Assembly: GCA_965369865.1 (NCBI GenBank)
Contig: CBDURU010000006.1
Span: forward strand, 1-61,491
Length of the DNA stretch: 61,491 bases
Direction of reading: 5' to 3'
From: an uncultured bacterium
GTDB lineage: Bacteria > JAJVIF01 > JAPKYR01
Of the stretch, positions 9,583 through 20,157 are shown piece by piece. The position numbers and the translations under genes are program-made. Numbering within the stretch: position 1 is the first letter of the stretch; every line of letters begins with the position of its first letter. A model generated the notes under the pieces. The model was not told the DNA's origin. It made no database searches and saw nothing but the letters and a program-made list of their open reading frames with translations.

Positions 9583-10439
9583 ACGAAAATTTAAAAATCA
9601 GGTCGAAAATTACCATATATCCCCTTGGATCGATGGGATGGATTCCAGGGTTAGGGATGGAAACCATATGCTATTGCTTTTTTCATGGTGACGAAATTTT
9701 TATTCTCGATGCCGGGACGGGGATTTCTAGATTGCTTGAATTACGGGAATCGCTGTTCAGCCGGCAGATGTCGACACTGAAACGTGCCCGTATTTTCCTC
9801 AGCCATTACCATTTCGATCATTGTGTCGGGCTTTTCTGGCTCCGGGCGCTGCTACCGGGAATTCCAGTTACAATTTATGCTCCGGGACAGCCAGTATATG
9901 GCAAACCCGCCCTTGATATCCTTGGCGATTTATTCAAGCGGCCGTATTCGCCGAAAGATTTCGATGAGCTTATTCCAAGTGTCAGTGTAATTAATGTCGA
10001 CACGTCCGGGTTTACTGTTGAGACCGGGGAAGGATCGATTAATGTTAAAGTTAAGCTGAATCCAAAACATTCGGACCCTACGGTCTCGTTCCGGTTCAAT
10101 GACTGGTTTGCGTATGTAACGGATACGCCCCCTGAAGAGGAGACCATTCGCTTCGTGAGGGGTGTGAATGTGTTGCTCCACGAAGCTTATTTCGATTCAT
10201 CCGACCTGTTCACCGATGCTGATGATGATCTAGAAATCCATGTCGGTGGACCGCATACCGGATCGTTTGGAGCCGGACTTGTGGCTTTACGGGCGGGGGT
10301 TGAACGTTTATATCTGATTCACCATAATCCGGAGAGCACGCTTGAAAAAATTGAAAATTCAGCAAGGCTTGTTACGGCGGAGCTTGGGATCGACTGCCGG
10401 TCATCTAAGGACCTTGAGGAAATTGAAATAGATTTCTAA
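9579..10439 (+). CDS. MBL-fold metallo-hydrolase (RNase Z/BN-like)
   Basis: LDAGTG, SHYHFDH, YVTDT, LLHEA and LYLIHH; the GTG start overlaps the trpS stop. Confidence 0.8.
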   Translation: MNENLKIRSKITIYPLGSMGWIPGLGMETICYCFFHGDEIFILDAGTGISRLLELRESLFSRQMSTLKRARIFLSHYHFDHCVGLFWLRALLPGIPVTIYAPGQPVYGKPALDILGDLFKRPYSPKDFDELIPSVSVINVDTSGFTVETGEGSINVKVKLNPKHSDPTVSFRFNDWFAYVTDTPPEEETIRFVRGVNVLLHEAYFDSSDLFTDADDDLEIHVGGPHTGSFGAGLVALRAGVERLYLIHHNPESTLEKIENSARLVTAELGIDCRSSKDLEEIEIDF

Positions 10440-10446
10440 AACCTAT

Positions 10447-10651
10447 CACACTTAACAGGCATTTTTTTTACTAACTGTATTTCCGGAGTTCTCATGGTGG
10501 CCCTCATGGCGGTTCTCATGGTAGCCCTCATGGTAGCTCTCATGGTAGCTCTCATGGTGGTTCTCATGGTGGCCCCTCATAAAATCGGCCTGAGCGCCAG
10601 CGAAGGCAGATTTTAGGAGGGTCTGATACGAATCGATATTTAATTAATGGG
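10447..10651. repeat. Dispersed ~130-bp repeat with a 12-bp VNTR expansion (7 x ctcatggYRgYY at 10491-10574)
   Basis: A second copy without the expansion lies at 34399-34530. Contains cctgagcgccagcgaagg. Confidence 0.85.
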
Positions 10652-10663
10652 ATTAGCCTAAGA

Positions 10664-13168
10664 TCATTCCGCTTTTCTGAATGTCCAGGGAACGCTGTAG
10701 GAGAGCATTGACAGGATTTCCTGGTCCGACATGGGAAGTGTCTCACCAAGTGCCGTTCCCGCTATCGACCACGTGTAGTCCTTCTCTGTCTCCAGAAAAT
10801 CATAGATCGGCTGGACCAGGTTAAATTCGGTTAATGTATAATTCAACGGCAGATAGAATGGAATTTCGCCGCCCATCAAACCCGTAATTCTCATCACGTA
10901 ATTCAATGCCCCAACGCTTTCGGTCCAGTCGAAAATATCATTGACAGCCATTTCGGTATTGTGTGCAGGAAGTATCAACTCCGGTGCTGTGTACTTAAGA
11001 AAATAGCTTTTTTCACTCCAGTATTTCTGCCCGCTTATCATCGACGCGACCGACCATTCCCACAATCCGTCCGGTGCCCTGAGTTCCATGAATGTAAATG
11101 GAAGGTAGAACTCGTTGATCATTCCAAGGTTAAAGCCCCCTTCGGGAAGCAGCTTGAAATGCTCACCATCGATCCATAGGTCGATCCAGTATGCGGATGG
11201 GTTCGTGCCGGATGCCGGGACATATTGGAAATACAGATTTTCCCCCAATGTATAGTTATGGCCGGGTTCCGGTGCGAGTAACTCCGCGGCCTTGGGATGA
11301 TCTTCCACGTACTCGGTCATAATTGTATTTGCCGCGACCGCCCATGATTCCGATGTCAGACCACTTGCGATTTGTGTGGCGTTTACGGTAATCACAACAT
11401 CCTTCCCCGCATCCTCTGGCCCGAACTGAATATATTCCTTGTTCTCATACTGGTTGGTCGTCTCGTACATCAGATCGCTCGTGGCCTTATCGTAAACGCG
11501 GAGATCGAGATTGCTGATTTTCCATGAAACCCCGGATTTATGCTTGTTATAAACCAGCACTACACGGTCGCCGTCCTGGACATTCAAAATCGAGAATGTC
11601 GTGTTGTCGCCGGAGTTATGAAATGTACCGGAAAATGTGTCCGGAATATGTTCGTACGCCGACCACGCGTCGAGTGAGCCGAAGCCCGCGTAGTAATCGG
11701 GACCGGTAGTTCCCGGGCTTGATGTGTAGTCTTCCGCGGTTGCATAGGTCAGTGCCCTTAGCTCTATTGAACTTGTGACACCGGCACTCAACAAACTGGC
11801 AGCGAATCCGGAGAAATGCGGCGCCGCGCATGATGTCCCTGGGAAGTTGCCCCATCCACCGCTCGATGAAGGCGACATGGCCTGCGTTGGCGCCATGATT
11901 TCAGGCTTCAGGCGATCTTCGCTGCCGCCGGGCCCGTAGCATGGGCCGTATTTGCTGTTCGTATAATATGTGTCGTCGTCGCGAAGTCCGGTATCGTGAT
12001 CGACAATCCCGGCTACCGATACGCCGTTCCAGCATACTGCCGGCTTATCGTTTATCTGATCTTCTTCGCATCCGAGATTTCGATTTCCCGTTCCAAGCGA
12101 CCAGGTGACGTCATACAGGTCGATCGTATTGTCCACCCATTCTGATATCATGTCGAGACCGTCGCGCTGGTGGCAGTTGTATATAAAAATCATGCTGAAG
12201 TTTATGATTTCCGCATCGTTAGCCCCTCCTCCGCCAAGGGCAGCCCAGTCGTAAGCGTGCATCAGCGCTTCCAGCCCGTCATAACCGGAGCAAAATTTTG
12301 CGTTATAGTAAGTATCGATTCCCCATGCCATCCCGCGATTCGTTGGGTCCTGCGATGCCACCACCCCGGCGGTGTGAGTTCCATGGTCCCCGCTGTCGCC
12401 CGGATCGCAGCCGGTTGCGTAATCGGGAAACGTGCCCGATTGAAGGTCAAGTCCGATAAATGCGTCGTGCTCCGCATAAACCCCGGTATCTATCCCCATG
12501 ACAGAAATTCCCTCACCCTGGAAACCCATGTTCCACAGGGTTTCGGGATATGCGTTTGGCCGTAGCTTCATGGTCTGCGAGGTGGTTTCGGTAACAGGAA
12601 TTGCTTCGATGTCTTCAAAAATATCGTGTACTTCCGAAAGCGCCCTTATCTGGGTGATTGATTCCCGGGGAGCCTTCACGCAGAGTGAATTAATTACCAG
12701 GTCCCTAAATGTGACTGTCGTTCCCGGGATGGATTCAATTTTTTCAATCGCGTTGCGCTGGATATCGTCGAGGGAAGCTCCAAGCAGGGATCTTATGTAA
12801 TCCGCGCGCTGTTCCTTCAGGTCGAGAATTATGTTGACTAGGGAACCGACCTGGGATTGAACGGTTACCGCATATGGGTTGTCCCTGTTATTACGGTAGA
12901 TTTCCTTGATCTGGTCGGAAACCTGGCGGATCTGGGGAAATGCCGTGTCAGCCGATTCGATGGCGCTGGTGTAGAGGTCCGGAGGAGTGCCTGTCAGGGT
13001 TACGATCAGGTTTACATCTTCCGGCACTGGTACATAAGCCGTTGAGGCGGAATTTTCAATCGAAGGGGATGTCGGGGTTGATGATTTTGATGAGCATCCG
13101 ATTGACAGTAGGATTGAAAAAAGTGCCAGAAGGGATAAAGCACACATAAGTTTAAAAAGCTTCATCAT
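10664..13168 (-). CDS. S8 family (subtilisin-like) serine peptidase, probable lipoprotein
   Basis: Catalytic motifs IDTG, HGTHTAG and GTSCAAPH; lipobox-like SIGC. Confidence 0.9.
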   Translation of the reverse strand: MMKLFKLMCALSLLALFSILLSIGCSSKSSTPTSPSIENSASTAYVPVPEDVNLIVTLTGTPPDLYTSAIESADTAFPQIRQVSDQIKEIYRNNRDNPYAVTVQSQVGSLVNIILDLKEQRADYIRSLLGASLDDIQRNAIEKIESIPGTTVTFRDLVINSLCVKAPRESITQIRALSEVHDIFEDIEAIPVTETTSQTMKLRPNAYPETLWNMGFQGEGISVMGIDTGVYAEHDAFIGLDLQSGTFPDYATGCDPGDSGDHGTHTAGVVASQDPTNRGMAWGIDTYYNAKFCSGYDGLEALMHAYDWAALGGGGANDAEIINFSMIFIYNCHQRDGLDMISEWVDNTIDLYDVTWSLGTGNRNLGCEEDQINDKPAVCWNGVSVAGIVDHDTGLRDDDTYYTNSKYGPCYGPGGSEDRLKPEIMAPTQAMSPSSSGGWGNFPGTSCAAPHFSGFAASLLSAGVTSSIELRALTYATAEDYTSSPGTTGPDYYAGFGSLDAWSAYEHIPDTFSGTFHNSGDNTTFSILNVQDGDRVVLVYNKHKSGVSWKISNLDLRVYDKATSDLMYETTNQYENKEYIQFGPEDAGKDVVITVNATQIASGLTSESWAVAANTIMTEYVEDHPKAAELLAPEPGHNYTLGENLYFQYVPASGTNPSAYWIDLWIDGEHFKLLPEGGFNLGMINEFYLPFTFMELRAPDGLWEWSVASMISGQKYWSEKSYFLKYTAPELILPAHNTEMAVNDIFDWTESVGALNYVMRITGLMGGEIPFYLPLNYTLTEFNLVQPIYDFLETEKDYTWSIAGTALGETLPMSDQEILSMLSYSVPWTFRKAE

Positions 13169-13313
13169 GGTAATTCTCGCTTTTATTTAGATATAAAGAG
13201 ACGTGTAAATCCTATCACACCGGGTGGATTCAGGCAATGTTCAGGAATTTTATGTCGCAGATATTTTGTAATGATGCAATTCTAAATATGTCCAATCAAT
13301 TTTTACTTATCTA

Positions 13314-13853
13314 AAATAACGACCCAAAACGCGTGGCGTCAACCTAATCGGGTGCCGTTAACAAGCTCAGTGAGACATCTCCATCCCCCAAGCCTTTAAA
13401 AATCTCCGTGTCGATCGTGCTTGTCGACGTAAATCACAAATAACGACCCTAATCGCGTGGCGTCAACCTAATCGGGTGCCGTTGACAAGCTGAGTGAGAC
13501 ATCTCCATCCTCCAAGCCTCGAAAATCTCCGCGTCGAACGTGCTTGTCGACGTAAATCACAAATAACGACCCAAAACGCATACCATCGACACGCTAAGAT
13601 CGGGGACATCTCTTTTCGCCCGTCGAAAAGCAGGTGTCCCCATCAATGCTATTTTTGCCCACCCCTAATCGGGTGCCGTTGACAAGCTCAGTGAGACATC
13701 TCCATCCCCCAAGCCTTTAAAAATCTCCGTGTCGATCGTGCTTGTCGACGATTTTACAACTAACAAAAAAAATCGGGTGCCGTTGACAAGCTGAGTGAGA
13801 CATCTTCATCCCCCAAGCCTCGAAAATCTCCGCGTCGAACGTGCTTGTCGACG
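13314..13853. repeat. Mosaic repeat array: four ~74-bp cgtt(g/a)acaagc...gcttgtcgacg hairpin units plus one GGGGACA...TGTCCCC unit (13602-13641)
   Basis: Units at about 13356, 13480, 13677 and 13781, each preceded by aatcgggtgc. Confidence 0.9.
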
Positions 13854-13939
13854 ATTATTCCCCCTCGTGGTATCATTATTATTACGAACCATACAAGCCC
13901 GACTGTTGTCTACCGTATGGGGCGGATTACTTTGTAATT

Positions 13940-14995
13940 ATGGACTTATTCATTGACTGGTTGAATCGAGCGTTTGTACTGGGCCAGCTTAGGCTGTATT
14001 ACTGGCTGCCCGGAGTGCTTCTCCTCGCAATTCCCGCCATAATCGCAATTTATATCAATTTCCAGAAAAACCGTAAATGGCGAATCCGGTATCCGGTTAC
14101 ATCCACACTGGCCAGAATTCCGGGTGTCAGAAAATTTCGCAGGCCATCAAGGCATATGGCGGTAATTTTCCGAATCCTCGTTATCATGCTTGTGATCCTC
14201 GCGGCTATGCGTCCGCAGATGGGTAAAACCCGTGAGAAAATCACTACCGAAGGTATAGACATTTTTCTTATCCTTGATATTTCTTCTTCGATGCTCGCCG
14301 AAGATTTCAGTCCCAACAGGGCGGAAGCGGCGAAGGAGGTCCTTGGGGATTTTGTCGGCCGGAATCGTAATGACCGGATCGGATTCGTGGTTTTTGCGGG
14401 CCTTGCGTTTACACAGTGTCCGCTCACGACCGATACGGTAATCCTCGAAGAATTTATCAGCCAGATAAAAATTGGTGATATCGGCAAGGATGGTACCGCG
14501 ATCGGCGATGCGATCGTGACTGCGGCTGCCAGGTTTCCCGACCAGGATGTCGAGAGCAGGGTGATGATCCTTCTCACTGACGGGGAACATAATTCAGGAG
14601 AGTTTGACCCGGAAACCGCGGCTCGAATCGCGAACCGTACCGGCGTTAGAATTTATACAATCGGTGTTGGAAGCCGGGAGCCGACACCCATACCCGATCC
14701 GACTAATCCCGGTAATTACCTGAAGGATTATTTTGGTCGCCTCGTGTATACACAGCTCGATGAGGAATCGCTCCGGGACATCGCTCATATTACAGGCGGC
14801 AAATATTTCCGTGCCGAAGATGAAAATGCGTTGAGGGAAATTTACGATGAGATCGCACTGCTTGAAACCCATGAGATTGAGAGCCAGAGGTTTACAACTT
14901 ACGCTGAATTGTTCCAGTTTGTACTTGTAGCCGCACTGGTAATGCTGTTGCTTGAGCTGATTTCGAGACAGGTCTGGGGGAGGGCGCTGCCGTAG
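13940..14995 (+). CDS. VWA domain protein, BatA-like
   Basis: N-terminal TM region, MIDAS DISSSM, FTQCPLT, GTAIGDA, ILLTDG and a C-terminal TM helix. Confidence 0.85.
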   Translation: MDLFIDWLNRAFVLGQLRLYYWLPGVLLLAIPAIIAIYINFQKNRKWRIRYPVTSTLARIPGVRKFRRPSRHMAVIFRILVIMLVILAAMRPQMGKTREKITTEGIDIFLILDISSSMLAEDFSPNRAEAAKEVLGDFVGRNRNDRIGFVVFAGLAFTQCPLTTDTVILEEFISQIKIGDIGKDGTAIGDAIVTAAARFPDQDVESRVMILLTDGEHNSGEFDPETAARIANRTGVRIYTIGVGSREPTPIPDPTNPGNYLKDYFGRLVYTQLDEESLRDIAHITGGKYFRAEDENALREIYDEIALLETHEIESQRFTTYAELFQFVLVAALVMLLLELISRQVWGRALP

Positions 14996-15005
14996 GATTT
15001 GCATT

Positions 15006-16034
15006 ATGAGTTTCTATTCATCCACATTACTGCTGCTTCTTGTTCTTGTACCGGTCCTGTTTATAGCCGCACTTGTACTCGAACGTGCACGCGAGAGAAC
15101 TCGAAATACTTTCGCCTCACCCGATCTTTTCGCTCAAATCGCGAATATCGAACCATCCTCAAGGGGCAAATGGCGGACTTTTTTCACTGCGATAGCCCTT
15201 GCCCTGATGCTGGTCGCGCTCGCTCGTCCACAGGGGGGGGAGAAGATTGTCGAGGAGGAGGTTGAAGGAATTGATATACTCATGGTCATTGATATTTCGA
15301 AATCCATGGACGCGCGTGATTTATACCCCACACGCCTTAATGCGATCAAGGACGTGGTTTACGATTTCATCGATTCAAGTTACGGGGATCGTATCGGGAT
15401 TGTCGCGTTCGCGGGTGAGGCTACTGTAGTGTGTCCATTGACAAACGACCACGGAAGTGTATTAAGTTTTGTAGACCGGCTCACAACAAACGAGAACCTT
15501 CCGCCGGGAACCGGAATCGGAAACGCGATCCGTCTCGGGATTAATCGATTCCGGGATACCGAGACCGGGAGGGTAATGATTCTTCTTACCGACGGTGAAA
15601 ATAATAAGGGGATCGAGCCCCTGGATACATTGAACACTGCCGTCAACGAGGGTGTCAGGATATATACGGTCGGGATCGGCACCCAGAACGGCGCACCGCT
15701 CCCGGAATCCGAACAGCCGGTTATCGGGCGGACAAGGTTCCGGACAGACGACCAGGGAAATGAAATTACCGTGGGACTGGATGTGGATACTCTAAGGAAA
15801 ATAGCTGAAGAGACCGGTGGACATTATTTTCCCGTCTCCAACCAGGGAGAATTGAGGACCCTTTACACTCGTATCACGCATGAGGGTGAGACGGAATTCC
15901 TGTCGAGACGGATTGTCAGAAAAGATGAACTGGCACCGTATTTCCTGCTCCTGGCGGCTTTGTTTTTAATCATGGAAGCGTTCTATGCATACCTTATACC
16001 CGGGGAGGTTAAACATGCAAAAGCTCGTGTCTGA
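15006..16034 (+). CDS. VWA domain protein, BatB-like
   Basis: ALARPQ, MIDAS DISKSM, CPLT and ILLTDGE. Confidence 0.85.
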   Translation: MSFYSSTLLLLLVLVPVLFIAALVLERARERTRNTFASPDLFAQIANIEPSSRGKWRTFFTAIALALMLVALARPQGGEKIVEEEVEGIDILMVIDISKSMDARDLYPTRLNAIKDVVYDFIDSSYGDRIGIVAFAGEATVVCPLTNDHGSVLSFVDRLTTNENLPPGTGIGNAIRLGINRFRDTETGRVMILLTDGENNKGIEPLDTLNTAVNEGVRIYTVGIGTQNGAPLPESEQPVIGRTRFRTDDQGNEITVGLDVDTLRKIAEETGGHYFPVSNQGELRTLYTRITHEGETEFLSRRIVRKDELAPYFLLLAALFLIMEAFYAYLIPGEVKHAKARV

Positions 16035-17163
16035 CCGGATCCTGATCCGGGGATTTTATGTCAGTTTGAAGGTTATGCTGATCTTACTTGCGTTGTACGC
16101 GGTCGGCGCCTGGGATCTTCCGTTCCTTTCTCAACGTAACCGGGGAGATAATGATTTCGAAGCGGGCAGGTTCACTCTGGCAATCGAGCACTACCTGAAG
16201 GCTGTCGAACAGCAGGGGAACGACTGGGAGCTTCATTACAATTTAGGCACCGCTTATTACCGGACCGGAGACTATCAAAGCGCGGTTGATGAATTGAAAA
16301 TTGCCTCACAGCTTGCCGAACGCGGGAGCGCATCCGACACCAACCGGGGAAAAATCCTCCATAACCAGGGGCTTGCGTACCTCCAGATGGACGATTGTGA
16401 AAACGCCGTCCGGGTCTTAACCGAAGCCGCAGAATTCGCGGGTCCCGATGATGATATCCAGACCAATTTTAGATTCGCCGAACAGTACTGTGCTGAGGAT
16501 CCACCCGATCCTGAAAAATCTGAAGGCGAGGAAGAAAACGAAGGCGAAGGCGACGATGAGGATGACGAGCAGGGCCAGAACGATGAGGGTGAATCCAACG
16601 ACGAGACCGAAGCGCAGGATGAATCCGATGCCGAGGAAGGCGACCAGGACCAGGGTGGAGAGAACGAAAACCAGGATAACAATGAGGGTGACAGGGAAGA
16701 TGATGCGCAGGATCAGCAGGAAGGCCAGGATGAGGGACAGGACCAGAGTGACGATGGTACTGAGCAGTCCAGGGATGAACAGGAGGGAGAAGGTGACGAG
16801 GACAGCGATGATTCATCCGATACTGGAAGTGAAAATGAAAGTGAAAATGAGGGGGAGGATGAAAAACCGGGAGGAGATGAGGATTCGGATGATGAGCAGC
16901 GCGGTCAGGGGGGCAATGCTGACGAACGTGGTCCGAACGAGATCCCGAACGATGGTTTGAATATGTCTGATGCCACTATCCAGGACATCCTTGATTGGAT
17001 GGCGAATCGGGAGAGAATGAACGCACCGCGGTATTTCAACAATCATCCCGCCGACGGGGATTTCCTCGATGATGAGTCGCTCGCCGACCTGCTGTACAGG
17101 CTTTTTTATGGTAAACCCGCTGAAGATGCTGACGATTTGCCCGATGACGGAATTGACTGGTAA
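16015..17163 (+). CDS. TPR protein with a long acidic linker, BatC-like
   Basis: TPR motifs (HYNLGTAYY, HNQGLAY), a D/E/Q-rich tract and a GGAGG RBS at 16004. Confidence 0.8.
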   Translation: MQKLVSDRILIRGFYVSLKVMLILLALYAVGAWDLPFLSQRNRGDNDFEAGRFTLAIEHYLKAVEQQGNDWELHYNLGTAYYRTGDYQSAVDELKIASQLAERGSASDTNRGKILHNQGLAYLQMDDCENAVRVLTEAAEFAGPDDDIQTNFRFAEQYCAEDPPDPEKSEGEEENEGEGDDEDDEQGQNDEGESNDETEAQDESDAEEGDQDQGGENENQDNNEGDREDDAQDQQEGQDEGQDQSDDGTEQSRDEQEGEGDEDSDDSSDTGSENESENEGEDEKPGGDEDSDDEQRGQGGNADERGPNEIPNDGLNMSDATIQDILDWMANRERMNAPRYFNNHPADGDFLDDESLADLLYRLFYGKPAEDADDLPDDGIDW

Positions 17164-17197
17164 AAATGTTCATTTTTAATTAATGCTATAGTGTATG

Positions 17198-17226
17198 TTG
17201 TGAGGTTACCAGTTTCATAGTATAAT
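17198..17226 (+). promoter_or_regulatory. Putative sigma70 promoter
   Basis: ttgtga-N17-tataat upstream of the STAS gene. Confidence 0.5.
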
Positions 17227-17280
17227 TAACCTGTTGCTGCGAGTGGGAGTGTAATTTGATTTGAACAGTGGAGGTCAAAT

Positions 17281-17661
17281 ATGGAGATTGCTACGGCGAT
17301 CATTGGGGATGTGGTGATTTTGAAGCTGAATGGAGAGCTGAGATCGCGGGACGATGTGGCTATCCAATTCCAGAGTTTCCTTTATACCGGACGAAACAAG
17401 TTCATTATTAATTTTGAAAACGTTCGCGCCATTAACTCAATCGGTCTGAGCACGCTGCTTGAATTTAAACATCTCGCTGAAGCGGCGGGCGGTTCGATCA
17501 TGCTTTGTTTGCTGCGGGATGAATTGAAAAGGATGCTGAATGTGACAAGGCTGGATGAAGTTTTCAACATTTTCGATGATGAGGAGATGGCTCTTTCAGG
17601 ATTTATCAAGGGACTTCCAAAAATCACCAGGGAGTCAGCCATAAGCAGGTACAGAAACTAA
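17281..17661 (+). CDS. STAS domain anti-sigma factor antagonist
   Basis: INSIGLSTL phosphoacceptor motif, VTRLDEVF and a GGAGG RBS. Confidence 0.85.
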   Translation: MEIATAIIGDVVILKLNGELRSRDDVAIQFQSFLYTGRNKFIINFENVRAINSIGLSTLLEFKHLAEAAGGSIMLCLLRDELKRMLNVTRLDEVFNIFDDEEMALSGFIKGLPKITRESAISRYRN

Positions 17662-17733
17662 ACTTTAGGGCAGGTAAGGGTTTACTGAAAACTGTGGGGG
17701 TAAACCGCGATAGAACTGGGAATCATTTGATTG

Positions 17734-17758
17734 GACCGGATATTATGCCGGTTTTTTT
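17734..17758 (+). terminator. Putative intrinsic terminator
   Basis: gaccgg-loop-ccggtt hairpin followed by a T-tract. Confidence 0.5.
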
Positions 17759-17834
17759 GTTCGATTCATTGTAATTTTCAGGTGTTGGTTATATTGTTTT
17801 AACTTGGCAACCTTTTTGGAGTGAGATCAATTTA

Positions 17835-20117
17835 ATGGTCAGTTCTAAAAATTTCCTGACGCTCAATGTAAAGGGCATGACTTGCGCAAGTTGTGTTTCG
17901 AGAATTGAAAAAGCGCTTGAGAACAGCAAGGGTGTCAATAGTGCTAGGATCAACCTGATGAGTGGAAAAGCCATAGTTGACGTTGAGCCTGGCACATCGG
18001 GTCATCTCCTTATCAAGGCTATTGAGGATATCGGATACAAAGCTACCATCTCGATTGGCGACGACTATGAAATCATCGAAAAGGAAAAGCATGAAGCCCT
18101 CCAGGGTCTCAAAAAGCGCGCTTTCATCGCTTTAGCCATTGCCGTAGTCGTTATGTTGATAAATATGGAAGTCATGGTCAAAGCGATTCCGCCGATCCAG
18201 GCTATCCCCGAAATCATTCGATATTGGGTTGCACTCCTTCTGACCGGGTTCTCCATGTTCGGGCCGGGTCGTGAATTTTACATTATCGCCTGGAAAGCGT
18301 TAAAAAAATTAACGGCTGAAATGAATACACTTGTGGCGATCGGCACTCTTGCTGCGTTTGGCTACTCTGTCGTTGTGACTGTTGCGCCGGGTTTGATCGG
18401 CGGTGACAGTTCCGCTGTACACGTGTATTTTGATTCGGCCGCGACTATTGTCGGGCTTATCCTGCTGGGTCGTTATTTTGAGGGTCGCGCGAAACATCGT
18501 ACCGGTGACGCGGTCCGTGCGTTACTTGATCTCAGCCCAAAAACCGCGTTCAGGATTGTCAATGATGAGGAAACTGAAGTTCCGGTGTCGGAGCTGGTTC
18601 TTGGTGATATTGTACGTGTCAAACCCGGTGGCCAGATCGCAGCGGATGGCGAGGTCGTTACTGGAGAATCTGAAATTGACGAAAGCCTCCTGACTGGTGA
18701 AAGCGAGCCGGTTTTAATGACAACAGGCAGCAAGGTGATGTCCGGTACTATTAACACTACCGGCACATTCGATTTCAGGATCGATCAGTCGGGCGCTGAA
18801 ACTGTTCTCGGTCAGATTATCAAGGCTACCCGGGAAGCCCAGGCGTTGAAACCTCAGATTGCAAGGACTGTCGACAAGGTCGCTTCGATATTTGTCCCTG
18901 TCGTAATCATTGTTGCTGTCGCGACGGCTTTTATCTGGACCTTCATCGAGATCCCACAGGGCCTTGCGGAGATCAATGTACCGCTGGTCACTTTTATCTC
19001 GGTTCTTGTTATCGCCTGCCCCTGTGCACTCGGACTCGCAACACCCACAGCGATATTGATCGCGAGTGGAGTCGGCGCGAGAAACGGCATTCTTATCAAG
19101 GATGGGCCGTCGCTCGAGATCGCCGGATGGCTCGGTACGATTGTCCTCGATAAAACCGGGACGATTACTGAGGGACACCCCTCCGTAATTAATGTTATCG
19201 CTACCGGGGATTACACCGAGAACGATGTCCTTAGATATGCGACTAGCGTCGAACAGTTTTCAGAACATCCCGCCGCTCTGGCTATCATGGACGAGGCGAA
19301 GAAGCGCGACGTCAGGCCGGGGAAAGCCGAGGTCTTTCACGCCGAAGTTGGTGTGGGTGTGAGAGCCAAGGTTGGTGGCACCTGGGTTCGTATCGGCTCC
19401 GAAACGATGCTCGAACATGCGGAGATCGAACCGCCCGATGAGCTTTCATCGCGTGCCGACCTTATGGCGACCGAATCCATGACCCCGCTGTTTGTTACAC
19501 GGGGGAGCCAGGTGGTCGGATTAATTGGAATGCAGGATGCAATCAAGCCTGATTCGTCAAAGGCGATATCGTGGCTGCAGGCTCTCGGACTCAAACCGGT
19601 TCTGTGCACCGGTGACCATGAAAAAGTTGCCCGGTCTGTCGCTGCTGCGGTCGGCATCAAGGAAGTTAAGAGTGAGATCGGCCCAAGGGACAAGGCGGCC
19701 ATTGTCTCGAGATTGAAACGTGAGGGTAAAGAAGGAAGGACTTATGTCGCTATGGTCGGCGATGGAATTAATGACGCCGTCGCGCTGACAGAAGCGGATA
19801 TTGGCATGGCTATGGGTACCGGCAGCGATGTCGCGCTCCAGGCAGGGAATTTTGTGCTGGTTCACGGTAATCTGAAAAGTGTCGCGACGGCGATTGAATT
19901 ATCACGCGCGACTATGGACACGATCAGGAGAAACCTCTTCTTCGCGTTTATTTACAACATTATCGCAATTCCGATCGCGGCGGGGGTTTTGATTCCTTCG
20001 ATGGGTGCTGCGGGTCTTTTGAATCCGATGATCGCCGCGGCCGCTATGAGTTTCAGTTCGATAAGTGTCGTTACAAGCTCACTCGGACTCAATTTATTCA
20101 AGCCAGGTCATCTTTGA
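17835..20117 (+). CDS. copA: Cu(I)-translocating P1B-type ATPase
   Basis: GMTCASC metal-binding domain, TGES, CPC, DKTGT, HP, GDGIND, and YN and MxxSS in the TM helices. Confidence 0.92.
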   Translation: MVSSKNFLTLNVKGMTCASCVSRIEKALENSKGVNSARINLMSGKAIVDVEPGTSGHLLIKAIEDIGYKATISIGDDYEIIEKEKHEALQGLKKRAFIALAIAVVVMLINMEVMVKAIPPIQAIPEIIRYWVALLLTGFSMFGPGREFYIIAWKALKKLTAEMNTLVAIGTLAAFGYSVVVTVAPGLIGGDSSAVHVYFDSAATIVGLILLGRYFEGRAKHRTGDAVRALLDLSPKTAFRIVNDEETEVPVSELVLGDIVRVKPGGQIAADGEVVTGESEIDESLLTGESEPVLMTTGSKVMSGTINTTGTFDFRIDQSGAETVLGQIIKATREAQALKPQIARTVDKVASIFVPVVIIVAVATAFIWTFIEIPQGLAEINVPLVTFISVLVIACPCALGLATPTAILIASGVGARNGILIKDGPSLEIAGWLGTIVLDKTGTITEGHPSVINVIATGDYTENDVLRYATSVEQFSEHPAALAIMDEAKKRDVRPGKAEVFHAEVGVGVRAKVGGTWVRIGSETMLEHAEIEPPDELSSRADLMATESMTPLFVTRGSQVVGLIGMQDAIKPDSSKAISWLQALGLKPVLCTGDHEKVARSVAAAVGIKEVKSEIGPRDKAAIVSRLKREGKEGRTYVAMVGDGINDAVALTEADIGMAMGTGSDVALQAGNFVLVHGNLKSVATAIELSRATMDTIRRNLFFAFIYNIIAIPIAAGVLIPSMGAAGLLNPMIAAAAMSFSSISVVTSSLGLNLFKPGHL

Positions 20118-20157
20118 AAAATTTAAAATATAGTCTGGTATAATTGTCGTAAATCCT

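Noticed and set aside
13314..13853. CRISPR array
   Set aside because: The units are ~74-120 bp with no constant-length unique spacers, there are no cas genes, and the copies are dispersed across the window.
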